The notes beneath the pieces are model-generated. The model was not told the DNA's origin and searched no databases. It worked only from the letters and a program-made list of their open reading frames with translations. The position numbers and the translations under genes are program-made. Source: a virus. From it: 64,000 nt of DNA. Numbering within the stretch: position 1 is the stretch's first letter; each line of letters opens with the position of its first letter. This document shows positions 9,963 to 19,365 of this stretch, piece by piece. The DNA is taken from positions 16,742-80,741 of the IMG/VR virus record IMGVR_UViG_3300037189_026207; one strand, given 5' to 3'.

Positions 9963-9967
9963 ACTAA

Positions 9968-10222
9968 ATGGCGTATTTTAACATTAGAACGACAACAGCG
10001 GTCTATCGTGATTACGCCGTAGAGTGCCCCAACGAAGAGGAAGCAAAAAAGCTGGCCAACGAGCTAGCCTACGCCGAATCTCCGAAAAGTGTACTCGAGA
10101 TGTGCAAAGGAAATGCGTACACAGTTCGGAACGACGTGGACGTCACCGCCTGCGTTTCTCCGATGCCTGAGAATACCTGGACTGGTATTAACCTAGCTGA
10201 CACTGTAGCGCATCCTGAGTAA
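9968..10222 (+). CDS. Hypothetical protein
   Basis: Operon-packed ORF. Confidence 0.6.
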   Translation: MAYFNIRTTTAVYRDYAVECPNEEEAKKLANELAYAESPKSVLEMCKGNAYTVRNDVDVTACVSPMPENTWTGINLADTVAHPE

Positions 10223-10233
10223 ATGACGGAAAC

Positions 10234-10262
10234 AAATGCCGCGGTATGGACCCGGCATTTTT
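10234..10262 (+). terminator. Probable intrinsic terminator
   Basis: AAATGCCG / CGGCATTT stem followed by T-rich sequence. Confidence 0.55.
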
Positions 10263-10284
10263 ACTTTTTAGAAAGGGCAACTCA

Positions 10285-10839
10285 GTGGGAATAGACATCT
10301 ATCTGTCTTGGCCAAAAATGACCAAGAAACAAAAAGAAGCGCAGCGCGTAGGATTTAGCGTGTACGACGGCAACACTGGATATTTACGCGAGGCTTACCA
10401 TGGCGCGCCGTACCCAAGCAAGATTTTAGTGCGTGAAGCATTTGAATCTAAAACTAACAAGGCAAAAATTCCCGCTAGCTTGATGCGCGAACGGCTTACT
10501 CACGTGACAGAACCAGCCCGCGGCGTCGGCATCAACGCCGCGGTTATGAATGAGGTTATTAAGAAGATCGCGGAAATGGTGGATAAAGAAAAGCCTGAAG
10601 GAGCGCTTGGCCGTTTTGGAGTTTTACACGTAGACCCCGGCACTTTTCCCCCAGAAAAACTAGATAACGACGCCATGACAGTTGAGGAAGCTGTCATAAA
10701 GCGTTGTCAAATAAATTATCCAGAAATGCAGCCAGAAGAAGTCGCGAGAATGTTGCAATCATACCGCGACTTCGTGGACCTGGCGGAACAGATGGAGAAA
10801 AAGACTGGAAAGCCCTGTACTGTTTACACGTCTTACTGA
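10285..10839 (+). CDS. Hypothetical phage protein
   Basis: GTG start after GAAAGGG; GIDIYL...GYLREAYHG motif. Confidence 0.65.
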   Translation: MGIDIYLSWPKMTKKQKEAQRVGFSVYDGNTGYLREAYHGAPYPSKILVREAFESKTNKAKIPASLMRERLTHVTEPARGVGINAAVMNEVIKKIAEMVDKEKPEGALGRFGVLHVDPGTFPPEKLDNDAMTVEEAVIKRCQINYPEMQPEEVARMLQSYRDFVDLAEQMEKKTGKPCTVYTSY

Positions 10840-10849
10840 GGACAAGAGC

Positions 10850-11290
10850 ATGCCAAGAGCAAAGAAGACAAAAGCCCAAGAAGAGTGGGAAATCATGATG
10901 GATAAGTTTGAAAAAGAAAAGCAAGAAAAGCGCCAAAAAGTTTTAAGTGAATTGAAGATTATTAGCGCAGAATTGTACGCTAAGGGTGTCACTAAATTTT
11001 CAGTCGAGTACAGCGGAGAAGGCGACTCGGGCGACTTTGACTGTGACTTTTACGAGAAAAATGACGCGTTTGGCCCCAAAAACAAAAAAGACATTCCAGA
11101 AAATGTCAAGCAAAAATTGTTAGACATTGTCTGGGAATTTGTGCCAAGCGGTTTTGAAAATAATGACGGCGGTTTCGGCGCAGTGCATATCGACTTTAAA
11201 AGCGACGCTATCGAACTGAGCCACAACGAGCGTGTTATTGAAGTACAAACCACCGAACAAAAGTTTGACTTTGACGGCAAAGAAATTTAG
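10850..11290 (+). CDS. DUF6878-like protein
   Basis: VEYSGEGDSG and GFENNDGGFG motifs. Confidence 0.65.
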   Translation: MPRAKKTKAQEEWEIMMDKFEKEKQEKRQKVLSELKIISAELYAKGVTKFSVEYSGEGDSGDFDCDFYEKNDAFGPKNKKDIPENVKQKLLDIVWEFVPSGFENNDGGFGAVHIDFKSDAIELSHNERVIEVQTTEQKFDFDGKEI

Positions 11291-11319
11291 TAACCGAGCA
11301 GAAAGCAAAGGATGCTACC

Positions 11320-11664
11320 GTGAAGTTCAAGAAGGCAAAAAAGTTTGAGCAGGCTTTAGTGGCCGTGCTCGAGTTTGTCCGGGTTACGGCGCACACAAAT
11401 CCAAAGGTAGTAGCCGAAGTGCTGCAAACAATGGGGCTAAAAGAAGAAAGTTTTGTACCACATGTAAATAGGCTTGTCAGGCTCGCGCTTAAAACGACCG
11501 ACGCGGTAGGCGACAGAATTGACGACGTACTGCGCGAACTTCGGCGGGAGTCGGAGCGGAGAGATGAGTTAATTGAAACGGCAAAAGAATTGTATAACGC
11601 AGCACACCCGGAGAGTGAAGATGGCGACGATATTCCTGACTGCTGCTCAGACGACGAAAACTGA
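11320..11664 (+). CDS. Hypothetical protein
   Basis: AAGGA SD, GTG start. Confidence 0.6.
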   Translation: MKFKKAKKFEQALVAVLEFVRVTAHTNPKVVAEVLQTMGLKEESFVPHVNRLVRLALKTTDAVGDRIDDVLRELRRESERRDELIETAKELYNAAHPESEDGDDIPDCCSDDEN

Positions 11665-11669
11665 ATAAA

Positions 11670-12050
11670 ATGGCGCATCCATATCATCACGCCTTGTCCA
11701 GCGTCAAAAAATGGGGCGGCGACGTAGCCGACTACCTGCCGATTCACGACTGGTTCGACGAGAGCAAGTCGTACATGGCAGACTTTCGTCACCGCGCGCT
11801 CCGCCATCACGCTGAAGGTATTTTTATGGCGGAGCACTTTTTTGGGAAGACTATTACAAATTCCGCCGGGAGAGTAATTCCTGTGCGCTGGGTCGGTGAA
11901 CAGCACGTGCAAGAAGATCTTGGGCGTATTCCAACCGTAGCTGATTGGATGACAAAAATACGCCCTGAAGATTGGATGATGGGTAGGGTTAAGAATCTAG
12001 AAAAAGAAATAGCGGCAGAAAAACCCGCCGAACTCCAGGAGGCAGTATGA
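11670..12050 (+). CDS. DUF6915-like protein
   Basis: MAHPYHHALSS.KKWGG...IHDWFDESK...RHRALRHHAEG...EQHVQEDLG. Confidence 0.8.
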   Translation: MAHPYHHALSSVKKWGGDVADYLPIHDWFDESKSYMADFRHRALRHHAEGIFMAEHFFGKTITNSAGRVIPVRWVGEQHVQEDLGRIPTVADWMTKIRPEDWMMGRVKNLEKEIAAEKPAELQEAV

Positions 12051-12379
12051 GCTCTTTCAAAGTTTTCGATAAAGCTGCGCTACAGCTTGCTAATAAGATT
12101 GCAATTAAACGCGGATACAACAGGGCAATTGTTGAAGATTACATTGCCGGCAGACCGGACAACTCGCATTGGGTCGTGACGTTCCATATGCTGCACGAGC
12201 ACGCCGCCGGCAAACCAGTTGATCCGCACGTACGCTGCATGATACAGCAGTTATTTGTAGAAAATCCGCCGACACTGTTCGTGGATACGGATATGAGTCT
12301 GTTTGAACTGCTGCCCGAAATTAGCACCGAGAATGAGGAAGGTAAACCAGCAGAAAAGGAATCCGCAGTTAATGGATGA
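12047..12379 (+). CDS. Hypothetical protein
   Basis: GGAGG SD; ATGA overlap. Confidence 0.6.
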   Translation: MSSFKVFDKAALQLANKIAIKRGYNRAIVEDYIAGRPDNSHWVVTFHMLHEHAAGKPVDPHVRCMIQQLFVENPPTLFVDTDMSLFELLPEISTENEEGKPAEKESAVNG

Positions 12380-12740
12380 CACGCAAAACCAGACCGAGCA
12401 GGAAAATCAGCAAGAAAAAGAGCTAATTGAAAAAATTGATTACGTCAGAAACTGGATAGATTTAGCGCCCGACTTTCCGATCATGGTGCAAGCGTTTATG
12501 GTCAAAGTAATGCTTGACCGCGGAGGCGTCCTTCTGGAGCCCGACGAAGCACAGCGCGTCGAGGGTTGGGTCGAGAATTTTTACAAGGATCTAAGCACGT
12601 TAATGGGTGTGCTGGAAGGCCACATCACCGTGGATTTTCCAGCCGGCCAAATGACGCCACACGTGACGCTTACCGAGCAGGGTAACGAGTGGGTTAAGGC
12701 ACAAATGCCTATGCCCCGCTCACAACCAGAAAGTGAATAA
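12372..12740 (+). CDS. Hypothetical protein
   Basis: Operon-packed ORF. Confidence 0.6.
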   Translation: MDDTQNQTEQENQQEKELIEKIDYVRNWIDLAPDFPIMVQAFMVKVMLDRGGVLLEPDEAQRVEGWVENFYKDLSTLMGVLEGHITVDFPAGQMTPHVTLTEQGNEWVKAQMPMPRSQPESE

Positions 12741-13688
12741 ATGCTACTACTCACTGGCGCGGCAGGATTTATCGGATCAAACATCCTGCGCGGATTAAAC
12801 GCGCGTGGGTATACCGACATTATTTGCGTCGACGATCTGACCGACGGCACTAAATGCGTAAATCTTAGCGGCACAAAATTCTACGACTACTACGACTGCG
12901 AAGAATTATTCTTTCAGCGTCTTTCCGTTAAATTGCAAGGCATTATTCACATGGGCGCCACGTCGAGCACGGGCGCCGCGGATGGCCGTGAAATTATTGC
13001 TAACAACTTTAGCTACACAAAAAAAATCTTCAGATTAGCGGAAAGCAATAACTGCCCAGTCGTGTACGCCAGCTCGGCCAGCGTGTACGGCAACGGCGCA
13101 AGAGGATTCCGCGAAGAGGAGGAGTGCGAGCAGCCTAACTCGCCCTACTCCTGCTCCAAGTGGATGATTGACCAGTACGTGCATCGGCACAGTATTCCCG
13201 CCGTGGGCTTACGGTACTTCAATGTGTACGGTCCTGGCGAAGAGCATAAGCGAGAAAATGCTAGTTTTGCGCACAAACTATTTAAAGCAGCGCTACAACA
13301 AAGTGCTGTTGAGATATTTGAGCATCCAACACAAACTATCAAGCGCGATTTTATTTATGTAAAAGACGCGGTTGATATTACGTTGTTTTGCTTATTTAGC
13401 AAATTTGTGCCCGGTGTTTACAACGTTGGTACGGGTATTCCGCAAAGCTTCGATGACATGCTTGACGCCGGCACAGCTGCGTTCTGGGCTAGTCGTGTTG
13501 GCGGAACAGTTCCTAGCGGAGTAAACCGACGCCCGCTGCCGGAAGAGTGGCTGAGCCGGTATCAAGTCTATACGTGCGCAGACATCACAAATTTAAGAAA
13601 ATTAGGATGGACTAACCCCATGACTACGCTGCAAGACGGCATGAAGCAGCACTGGGAGGCAATGACAGATGGAACCAGGGCGACATAA
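12741..13688 (+). CDS. hldD: ADP-L-glycero-D-manno-heptose 6-epimerase (extended SDR)
   Basis: TGAAGFIGSN, VDDLTDG, HMGATSST, ANNFSYTK, YASSASVYG, YSCSK (YxxxK), LRYFNVYGPGEEHK, RDFIYVKD. Confidence 0.88.
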   Translation: MLLLTGAAGFIGSNILRGLNARGYTDIICVDDLTDGTKCVNLSGTKFYDYYDCEELFFQRLSVKLQGIIHMGATSSTGAADGREIIANNFSYTKKIFRLAESNNCPVVYASSASVYGNGARGFREEEECEQPNSPYSCSKWMIDQYVHRHSIPAVGLRYFNVYGPGEEHKRENASFAHKLFKAALQQSAVEIFEHPTQTIKRDFIYVKDAVDITLFCLFSKFVPGVYNVGTGIPQSFDDMLDAGTAAFWASRVGGTVPSGVNRRPLPEEWLSRYQVYTCADITNLRKLGWTNPMTTLQDGMKQHWEAMTDGTRAT

Positions 13689-13908
13689 CGCTCAATTCCC
13701 TGTAGACGAAAGCGAATACTTATTTGCCCAAGCGGAACCAGAAATTGAATTTAATGAGCCGCTTGAGGCTAAAGTTATCTCAGACGAATTAGGCGCAACA
13801 TTCAGCTGCCGAGACTGCGGAGAAATTCAAGAAATTGACTATTGCCTGGGCTGCGATTGCTTTGTGTGCGAGCGTTGCGCTATGAGTTATTTAGCGGACC
13901 GCGCCTAA
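13669..13908 (+). CDS. Small Cys-rich zinc-finger protein
   Basis: CRDC...CLGCDCFVCERC. Confidence 0.5.
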   Translation: MEPGRHNAQFPVDESEYLFAQAEPEIEFNEPLEAKVISDELGATFSCRDCGEIQEIDYCLGCDCFVCERCAMSYLADRA

Positions 13909-14360
13909 TGCAAACGTTTCTGCCTTATCCAGACTATGAAGAATCAGCAAAATGCCTCGACTATCGACGGCTCGGCAAACAACGCGTGGAGTGCAAGCAA
14001 CTGCTGCTCGCGCTTGGCGTGACTGTTGGCGCGCACGTGCCTAAAAAGTCTGGCTGGAAAAATCACCCAGCCACAAAAATGTGGCGCGGGTACGAAATTG
14101 AGTTATGTCGATACGCCATTGTAATCTGCTGGGAATGGCGGAACAGAGGCTACAAAGACGAATTAGCGCGTCAATTTATATTTGCCGCAACCGTAAACGC
14201 AATGTCCACAGAATCGTGGATCGGTAAAAAACCGCCGTGGCTCGGAGACGATTTTCTACACAGCAGCCACCGCAGCAATTTATTACGCAAAGATCCAGAT
14301 CATTACGGGCAATTTGGCTGGGAAGAACCCGACAACCTGCCTTACGTTTGGCCGGTATAG
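13908..14360 (+). CDS. Pyrimidine-dimer DNA glycosylase/endonuclease V-like (MSMEG_6728 family)
   Basis: MQTFLPYPD...LDYRRLGKQRVE...WKNHPATKMWRG...PPWLG...SHRSNLLRKDP...YVWP. Confidence 0.85.
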   Translation: MQTFLPYPDYEESAKCLDYRRLGKQRVECKQLLLALGVTVGAHVPKKSGWKNHPATKMWRGYEIELCRYAIVICWEWRNRGYKDELARQFIFAATVNAMSTESWIGKKPPWLGDDFLHSSHRSNLLRKDPDHYGQFGWEEPDNLPYVWPV

Positions 14361-14367
14361 CAAAGGA

Positions 14368-14655
14368 ATGATAGTGACAAGCATATGCGAGCGCGGCGGA
14401 ACCCTGCTTGTTTCCGACGACGGAGACATTCAAGCATGGCTGCCGCTAGGCGGCGACTGTAATTGGAGAGAAATTTCGTGGCGGAGTAATAATTACCCAG
14501 CGTTACGCGTTAGCGATGTAACAGCCACTAAAGCTGAAATTGCGTCATTTATTAAAAGAAATTACGTTGGTTGGCTTATAAGAAAAGTCAACTTAGCTGG
14601 CATTACAACTGACGCAGATGGGCGTATTACAGATCATGCAGGAATTACACCGTGA
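14368..14655 (+). CDS. Hypothetical protein
   Basis: Operon-packed ORF. Confidence 0.5.
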   Translation: MIVTSICERGGTLLVSDDGDIQAWLPLGGDCNWREISWRSNNYPALRVSDVTATKAEIASFIKRNYVGWLIRKVNLAGITTDADGRITDHAGITP

Positions 14656-15044
14656 TTGATACTACTCAACTACGCGGGTTTACTGGCACAGAAAATTGGT
14701 ACAGATGGTCGCCGCTGTTTCCTAGAGTGTTACTAACCGACGGCACAAAATATGTAGCCGAGACAGCTGGCGAGCAAGGCGCATATTGGCTAATGGACGC
14801 AATTGCGTCGTACCAGCCTGAATTGCAGAAGAAGCGAAAAATGCAAGACTTTCAGCTGTGGACGCTGGCTGTTAATGAAAAAGATAAGACTGCTGTTTTA
14901 ATGTGCCAAGAAGACAGCCATAAAGCGCCAGTTATAACACAAGATATTGATCACACAGATTTTGATGTGCCGGAATTACGGCTGTACTGTATGCCGGCCG
15001 GCGATGGTAAATCTAAGGTCATTCTTCTCCCTAGTGAGTACTAA
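14652..15044 (+). CDS. DUF6876-like protein
   Basis: FTGTENWYR...TDGTKYVAE...AYWLMDAIAS...QDIDHTDF...LLPSEY. Confidence 0.75.
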   Translation: MIDTTQLRGFTGTENWYRWSPLFPRVLLTDGTKYVAETAGEQGAYWLMDAIASYQPELQKKRKMQDFQLWTLAVNEKDKTAVLMCQEDSHKAPVITQDIDHTDFDVPELRLYCMPAGDGKSKVILLPSEY

Positions 15045-15052
15045 CTATAACC

Positions 15053-16456
15053 ATGTCTAAAGCTCATAAGAAATTAATTGCAGACACGATCGCCCGCTGG
15101 CGCGAAACTATTTTGTACACAGGTCGCGGAGATGTTGACGCCGCAAAAAAGTTGATACATTCCGTACACAAAAATGCAAACGTTTTTGTTGTTGATACGC
15201 CAGCGCAGTTTTACATCGCGCAAGCAATTTTACGGCGACGTATTTCAAAGAAATTTGCTGTTGAGACGGTGTGCCCAAGTTTTGGAATTGCGGCAGATTT
15301 TGTGAATGATTTACGCGCAATTGGCGGTCCAGTAAATATGATTAACGGGCAGTCTTGGAGCCGGCGCTCAACCAAAAATTTGTTTGATCGTGCGTGGGTG
15401 CTTTACTTGAATAATCTGTTTGCAGACAAGCTTCCCGACGCGAGTATTACACCAGCAACCACGCAACGGCTAATCAACGGGCGCTCGCGCTGGTGGGTGC
15501 AAAACGACAACGCAATCGATCGGCGTGTCGTAATGGCGCATCAGATGTGTGATCTACACGCGCTATATCACAGCTTCGGAAATAATGTTGCCACAAAAAT
15601 TAAAGAAGAAGTAGACACAACCGGAAAAACGGACAAATTAGGTTTTAATGCAATTGCAGCGCATCTAGCGTTTCACACAAACAGTCGAATGGTTGAGAAC
15701 TCGTGTCTCACGCTGGCGGGGGCTGTGTCTAACGCCGGCGTAGACATTGTTAACGGCAACTACGACTGCTCGGCGCACTCGTTTGACGCGACGCAAGCAG
15801 AAATGCTGTGTCGTATTACAAATTGCAAGAAGCCAGAAGTAAACATTTGCCATGAAATTTTCCATTACGTGCCAGCTATTATGCATTTTCGCAGCGGATT
15901 TTTGTTGCTAGCAGAGCGACCTAAGATTGCGCTAAATGGCGACGGCATACTGCATTCTGAAACCGGGCAAGCGATTATGTATCGCGACGGCACGGGGTTC
16001 TGGTATCTCGAGGGGCATATGCTACGTCAGGCCGGGCGGCAGATCGTGATGAGCCCGGAAACGCTGGACGGCAAAACTGTCGAGAATATCGAGAACGAGG
16101 AGGAACGCAGAATCGCTATCGATCGACTGGGCTGGGAAAAGTACCTTAGCGATATCGACGCCAAGGTGCTGGACTCCAGAGAGAATTGGATCGACAATAC
16201 GATTGAGGTGTTGTTTGCAACTCCGCCACGCCAAGCTGGTCGGGAAGAGCAGCTGCGCACATTGCTATCATGTCGGTCAACTGGCCGGCGGTATTTTATG
16301 GCTGTACCTAGTGAGACAGAAAATTCATGGTTTCGGCGGCATAAGTCGATCCCAATTAAAACTTGTGAAGATGTTCAAAAGTGGATGGCAAACGGAGCAA
16401 AGTGCGATTATTTGCCTTATGCCAGCCATGATGTTCGAGTGATCGGTGCTTCTTAA
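15053..16456 (+). CDS. DUF6745-like domain protein
   Basis: ERP...LHSETGQAIMYRDG...IENEEERRIAIDRLGWEKY...CRSTGRRY...VP. Confidence 0.7.
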   Translation: MSKAHKKLIADTIARWRETILYTGRGDVDAAKKLIHSVHKNANVFVVDTPAQFYIAQAILRRRISKKFAVETVCPSFGIAADFVNDLRAIGGPVNMINGQSWSRRSTKNLFDRAWVLYLNNLFADKLPDASITPATTQRLINGRSRWWVQNDNAIDRRVVMAHQMCDLHALYHSFGNNVATKIKEEVDTTGKTDKLGFNAIAAHLAFHTNSRMVENSCLTLAGAVSNAGVDIVNGNYDCSAHSFDATQAEMLCRITNCKKPEVNICHEIFHYVPAIMHFRSGFLLLAERPKIALNGDGILHSETGQAIMYRDGTGFWYLEGHMLRQAGRQIVMSPETLDGKTVENIENEEERRIAIDRLGWEKYLSDIDAKVLDSRENWIDNTIEVLFATPPRQAGREEQLRTLLSCRSTGRRYFMAVPSETENSWFRRHKSIPIKTCEDVQKWMANGAKCDYLPYASHDVRVIGAS

Positions 16457-16467
16457 AGGAGAAAAGC

Positions 16468-17049
16468 ATGTCAGCTGTTCTTGACGCGATTCGCCAGGTA
16501 ACTGAAGTTGCAGAGAAAATTAAGAATGATAGTCCGCAAGATTTTCCAATTGCGGCTAATGTTGGAGACGCAGTACGGCAAGGCGATATTTATATTCAAT
16601 TGCTCGAGCCGTTAACTAAGGCGCCAGCTTTTTATACAAAGATTGCTGAGCCGGTGTTTCCATATCAGTTAGCGCCTGGAAATACCAAGGGGTCGAGGCA
16701 TTGTTTGGAAGCCAGTGACGGCGTAGAAATTTACGTACCACAAACTGACGTGCTTTTAGATGAGAATCTTGACGGCAATGATCGGTTTGAACTTGGTCGT
16801 GGATTTCGAGAGGATGTACACAAGTATGCTGAAAATCTTTCTTCAGTAGCCGGCGTACCTGTACATGAAATCGCCGCCGGAATTATCGAGGCTATGGATC
16901 TTGCTGGTCCGATTTTCGTGTTGAAGAATCCGACTACAGTATCGCATCCAGAGCATGGTAATTGGAATTTGCCGGCCGGAACGTATCGGTGTGTGTTTCA
17001 GCGCACTGTGTCGCTTAGTAGCAACTCTATTCGTAGAGTTTTAGACTGA
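16468..17049 (+). CDS. Conserved hypothetical, usual partner of DUF6745 proteins
   Basis: RQGDIY...LAPGNTKGSRH...HPEHG...LPAGTY...QR...RRVLD. Confidence 0.7.
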   Translation: MSAVLDAIRQVTEVAEKIKNDSPQDFPIAANVGDAVRQGDIYIQLLEPLTKAPAFYTKIAEPVFPYQLAPGNTKGSRHCLEASDGVEIYVPQTDVLLDENLDGNDRFELGRGFREDVHKYAENLSSVAGVPVHEIAAGIIEAMDLAGPIFVLKNPTTVSHPEHGNWNLPAGTYRCVFQRTVSLSSNSIRRVLD

Positions 17050-17059
17050 TTGTGTCGAG

Positions 17060-17176
17060 TGTTGAGATTTGGATTAATGCCAATCTCAACAATATTTTTT
17101 ACGCAACAAAGGGCTGGATTAACGCCGCCCTTTGTTGTTTTTGTTTTTGGAGGGCGCTTTTAAACGCCCTCCAAAA
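17060..17176. repeat. Three tandem inverted repeats (hairpins); two share the 12-nt loop TGGATTAAYGCC
   Basis: TGTTGAGATT-TGGATTAATGCC-AATCTCAACA; CAACAAAGGGC-TGGATTAACGCC-GCCCTTTGTTG; TTTTGGAGGGCG-CTTTTAAA-CGCCCTCCAAAA. Confidence 0.85.
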
Positions 17177-17366
17177 CATTTAAATTTGTTCATGTTGCTC
17201 TTATTTCTATACTAGGGAAGTATTCCCTAATCGAACTAAGTTCTGTACAAAGTGGAAAGCTGGCGACGCAAAACGCCTGAAATTCTAGCCTTTTTTGGCG
17301 AATTGAGAAAATCTTAACCTCTGCGAGTTTTGTGGCCGCCCGCATTTTTCTGGGCAAAACACAGGC

Positions 17367-17395
17367 TTGCGTCGTTTCGTATTCGCGATACACTA
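17367..17395 (+). promoter_or_regulatory. Possible sigma70-like promoter
   Basis: TTGCGT, about 16 nt, TACACT upstream of a GGAGG SD and GTG at 17420. Confidence 0.3.
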
Positions 17396-17419
17396 CACGC
17401 CCTGACTGTTGGAGGCTCT

Positions 17420-17725
17420 GTGGATTACCAAACTGACGAAGAGTTGTTTATTGACGGCTACCGGCTTGTTTTAACGTCTCTAGCCTGTCCCGAGCAATAC
17501 GATGTGTTCAACGCAAATGAAGTCAAAGTTGGGTACCTGCGTTTGCGTAGCGGCTATTTCCGCGCCGACTGCCCAACCTGCGGTGGCGATACAGTATACG
17601 AAGCGCACACACGCGGCGACGGCATGTTCGACAACGACGAGCGCCTGCCGCAATTAAGCGCAGCTATCGCGGCAATTTCTGCTTATTGGAAAAAGGCTAT
17701 GGAGGAAAAGAATGACGACGCCTGA
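17420..17725 (+). CDS. Conserved phage hypothetical protein
   Basis: ACPEQYDVF...VGYLRLR.G...GDGMF; GGAGG SD. Confidence 0.65.
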   Translation: MDYQTDEELFIDGYRLVLTSLACPEQYDVFNANEVKVGYLRLRSGYFRADCPTCGGDTVYEAHTRGDGMFDNDERLPQLSAAIAAISAYWKKAMEEKNDDA

Positions 17726-18008
17726 CGTAGTAAGCGTGCCGAAGCCAGGCTGTGTGCATCCCGTTGCCTATTCCGGCGACGTGCTCAATCAATTGCAGCA
17801 TTGGCGGCACCGGCATATTGCGCACTCCGGCGAGCTTTACGACGCCGCGGCTGAAGAGATTATCCGCCTGAAAAAGTTGTTGTTAAAATATGCAGGTAAG
17901 CTTAGCCGGGCAGAAGCAGAGATTCGCGCACTTAAGGGCGAAAATTTAACTCCAATCGACCCAACACGAATCGACCCAACACGCGCCGACTCATGGACGA
18001 CAAGTTAA
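17712..18008 (+). CDS. Hypothetical protein
   Basis: GGAGG SD; AAEEIIRL coiled coil. Confidence 0.55.
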   Translation: MTTPDVVSVPKPGCVHPVAYSGDVLNQLQHWRHRHIAHSGELYDAAAEEIIRLKKLLLKYAGKLSRAEAEIRALKGENLTPIDPTRIDPTRADSWTTS

Positions 18009-18307
18009 TTATAACGCAGATTTTAGACGATATGCGCCGGCACTCATCTGCTGAAAGTGTCATGCGCTCGCAGCTTTCGGCTAAAGTTGCAGAGCTAGAA
18101 AAAGAAGTGAATTCGTGGGAACATGAGTCGCTTAAAGATGACCAACGCATTCGTACAATGAAGTACACTATCGCATTGTTTGCTAGCGTGTTAAAACAAA
18201 TCGCTAATCCGCCCAACGCCGCGGGAGAATACGCACTCACCCGTGCAGATTGCGAAAACTTAGCGCGCGCAGTATTAGAGCAGGAGGCCAGTCATGAAGA
18301 AAAGTAG
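17993..18307 (+). CDS. Hypothetical protein
   Basis: Operon-packed ORF. Confidence 0.55.
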   Translation: MDDKLIITQILDDMRRHSSAESVMRSQLSAKVAELEKEVNSWEHESLKDDQRIRTMKYTIALFASVLKQIANPPNAAGEYALTRADCENLARAVLEQEASHEEK

Positions 18308-18755
18308 ATTGCACAAGTACATCGGTCGAAATGAAAAATGTCCGTGCGGCAGCAGCATTAAATTTAAAAGGTGCCACGGCCGCAATTCTTCGGACCGTCG
18401 TGTCGTGACGCGCAAAGAATATATCGACGCGGGCGAAATCCCGATTCGCTGGGTAATCGCGAACGAGAAAGCTACGGCGTTCTTTTCCGACATCAAAAAC
18501 CGCATTCTTGTATTCGCCGATCGGCAGGTCGCGGTTGACGTTACCCGCCTTGATATTTTTGCGTCTGCCGGCGAGGGAGAAATTAACTTAGCTGGCGTGG
18601 GGCCGAAAAAGTGGCAACATTTGCAAGAGACGTTGCCTTTTATCGAAGTCGGGTCGCTTGAGATGGCCAAGGCGCTTTTACAGGAGCGCATTGAGCAAAA
18701 AACTGAGGAACTAGGCAGTGCAGAAGAAGAAAAAGACAGTAACCCCGAGCAGTAA
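18294..18755 (+). CDS. SEC-C motif protein
   Basis: N-terminal IGRNEKCPCGSSIKFKRCHG. Confidence 0.8.
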   Translation: MKKSRLHKYIGRNEKCPCGSSIKFKRCHGRNSSDRRVVTRKEYIDAGEIPIRWVIANEKATAFFSDIKNRILVFADRQVAVDVTRLDIFASAGEGEINLAGVGPKKWQHLQETLPFIEVGSLEMAKALLQERIEQKTEELGSAEEEKDSNPEQ

Positions 18756-18972
18756 AGCTGCCAGCAAATCTACTCGCGCTGAAAAACCAGCGTATCTAAT
18801 TGTTGAAAAAATTGACGGCGAAGTACACGTCTATATGGAATCCGCCAATCATTACGAGAACGCTAAGCAGTGGCGCTACGACTCGATCGAGCTATCGCCA
18901 GAAGTGCTTGGGCACGAATGTAATTTAGCGGCATACGGCGACAATGTTCATTTTGTTTTCAAACTTGCTTAA
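18718..18972 (+). CDS. Hypothetical protein
   Basis: Operon-packed ORF. Confidence 0.5.
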   Translation: MQKKKKTVTPSSKAASKSTRAEKPAYLIVEKIDGEVHVYMESANHYENAKQWRYDSIELSPEVLGHECNLAAYGDNVHFVFKLA

Positions 18973-18984
18973 CGAAAGGCAGTT

Positions 18985-19365
18985 ATGCTCAATAGTGGCG
19001 GCAATACGCCCACGATGCAGGAGATGCTTCGGTATTGGTACACAAAGTTATCTATTGAAGAGATTGCCAAGCGGCTCGAGATTAGCGTAAATAAGGTTCA
19101 CAGACTTCGCCGCCGATACAGGCTGCCCACTCGATCCGCTATTGAAAAAACTGGCCGAGCAAACCACGAGCCGACGCCAGAAGAAATTGTGGAAAGTGCC
19201 GCGTTTATTCGGTCAAATTGGACGCCTGCGCAAGAGGCGTCTCGGCGTGTAAATCGCGGCGCAATCGAGCCGTGGACTCCGCCAAGTTATTCGTATAACA
19301 GTCGATCAGGTATTTTTTCTAGCACCTCTTTGTCTAACACCGGTAAAGATAAGGACAACGTATGA
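18985..19365 (+). CDS. HTH-containing regulator
   Basis: LSIEEIAKRLEISVNKVHRL HTH followed by PTPEEI...W...RR motif. Confidence 0.65.
   Translation: MLNSGGNTPTMQEMLRYWYTKLSIEEIAKRLEISVNKVHRLRRRYRLPTRSAIEKTGRANHEPTPEEIVESAAFIRSNWTPAQEASRRVNRGAIEPWTPPSYSYNSRSGIFSSTSLSNTGKDKDNV

Noticed and set aside
17956-17985. 15-bp direct repeat ATCGACCCAACACG(A)
   Set aside because: Only two copies; an in-frame IDPTR duplication in a coding tail.
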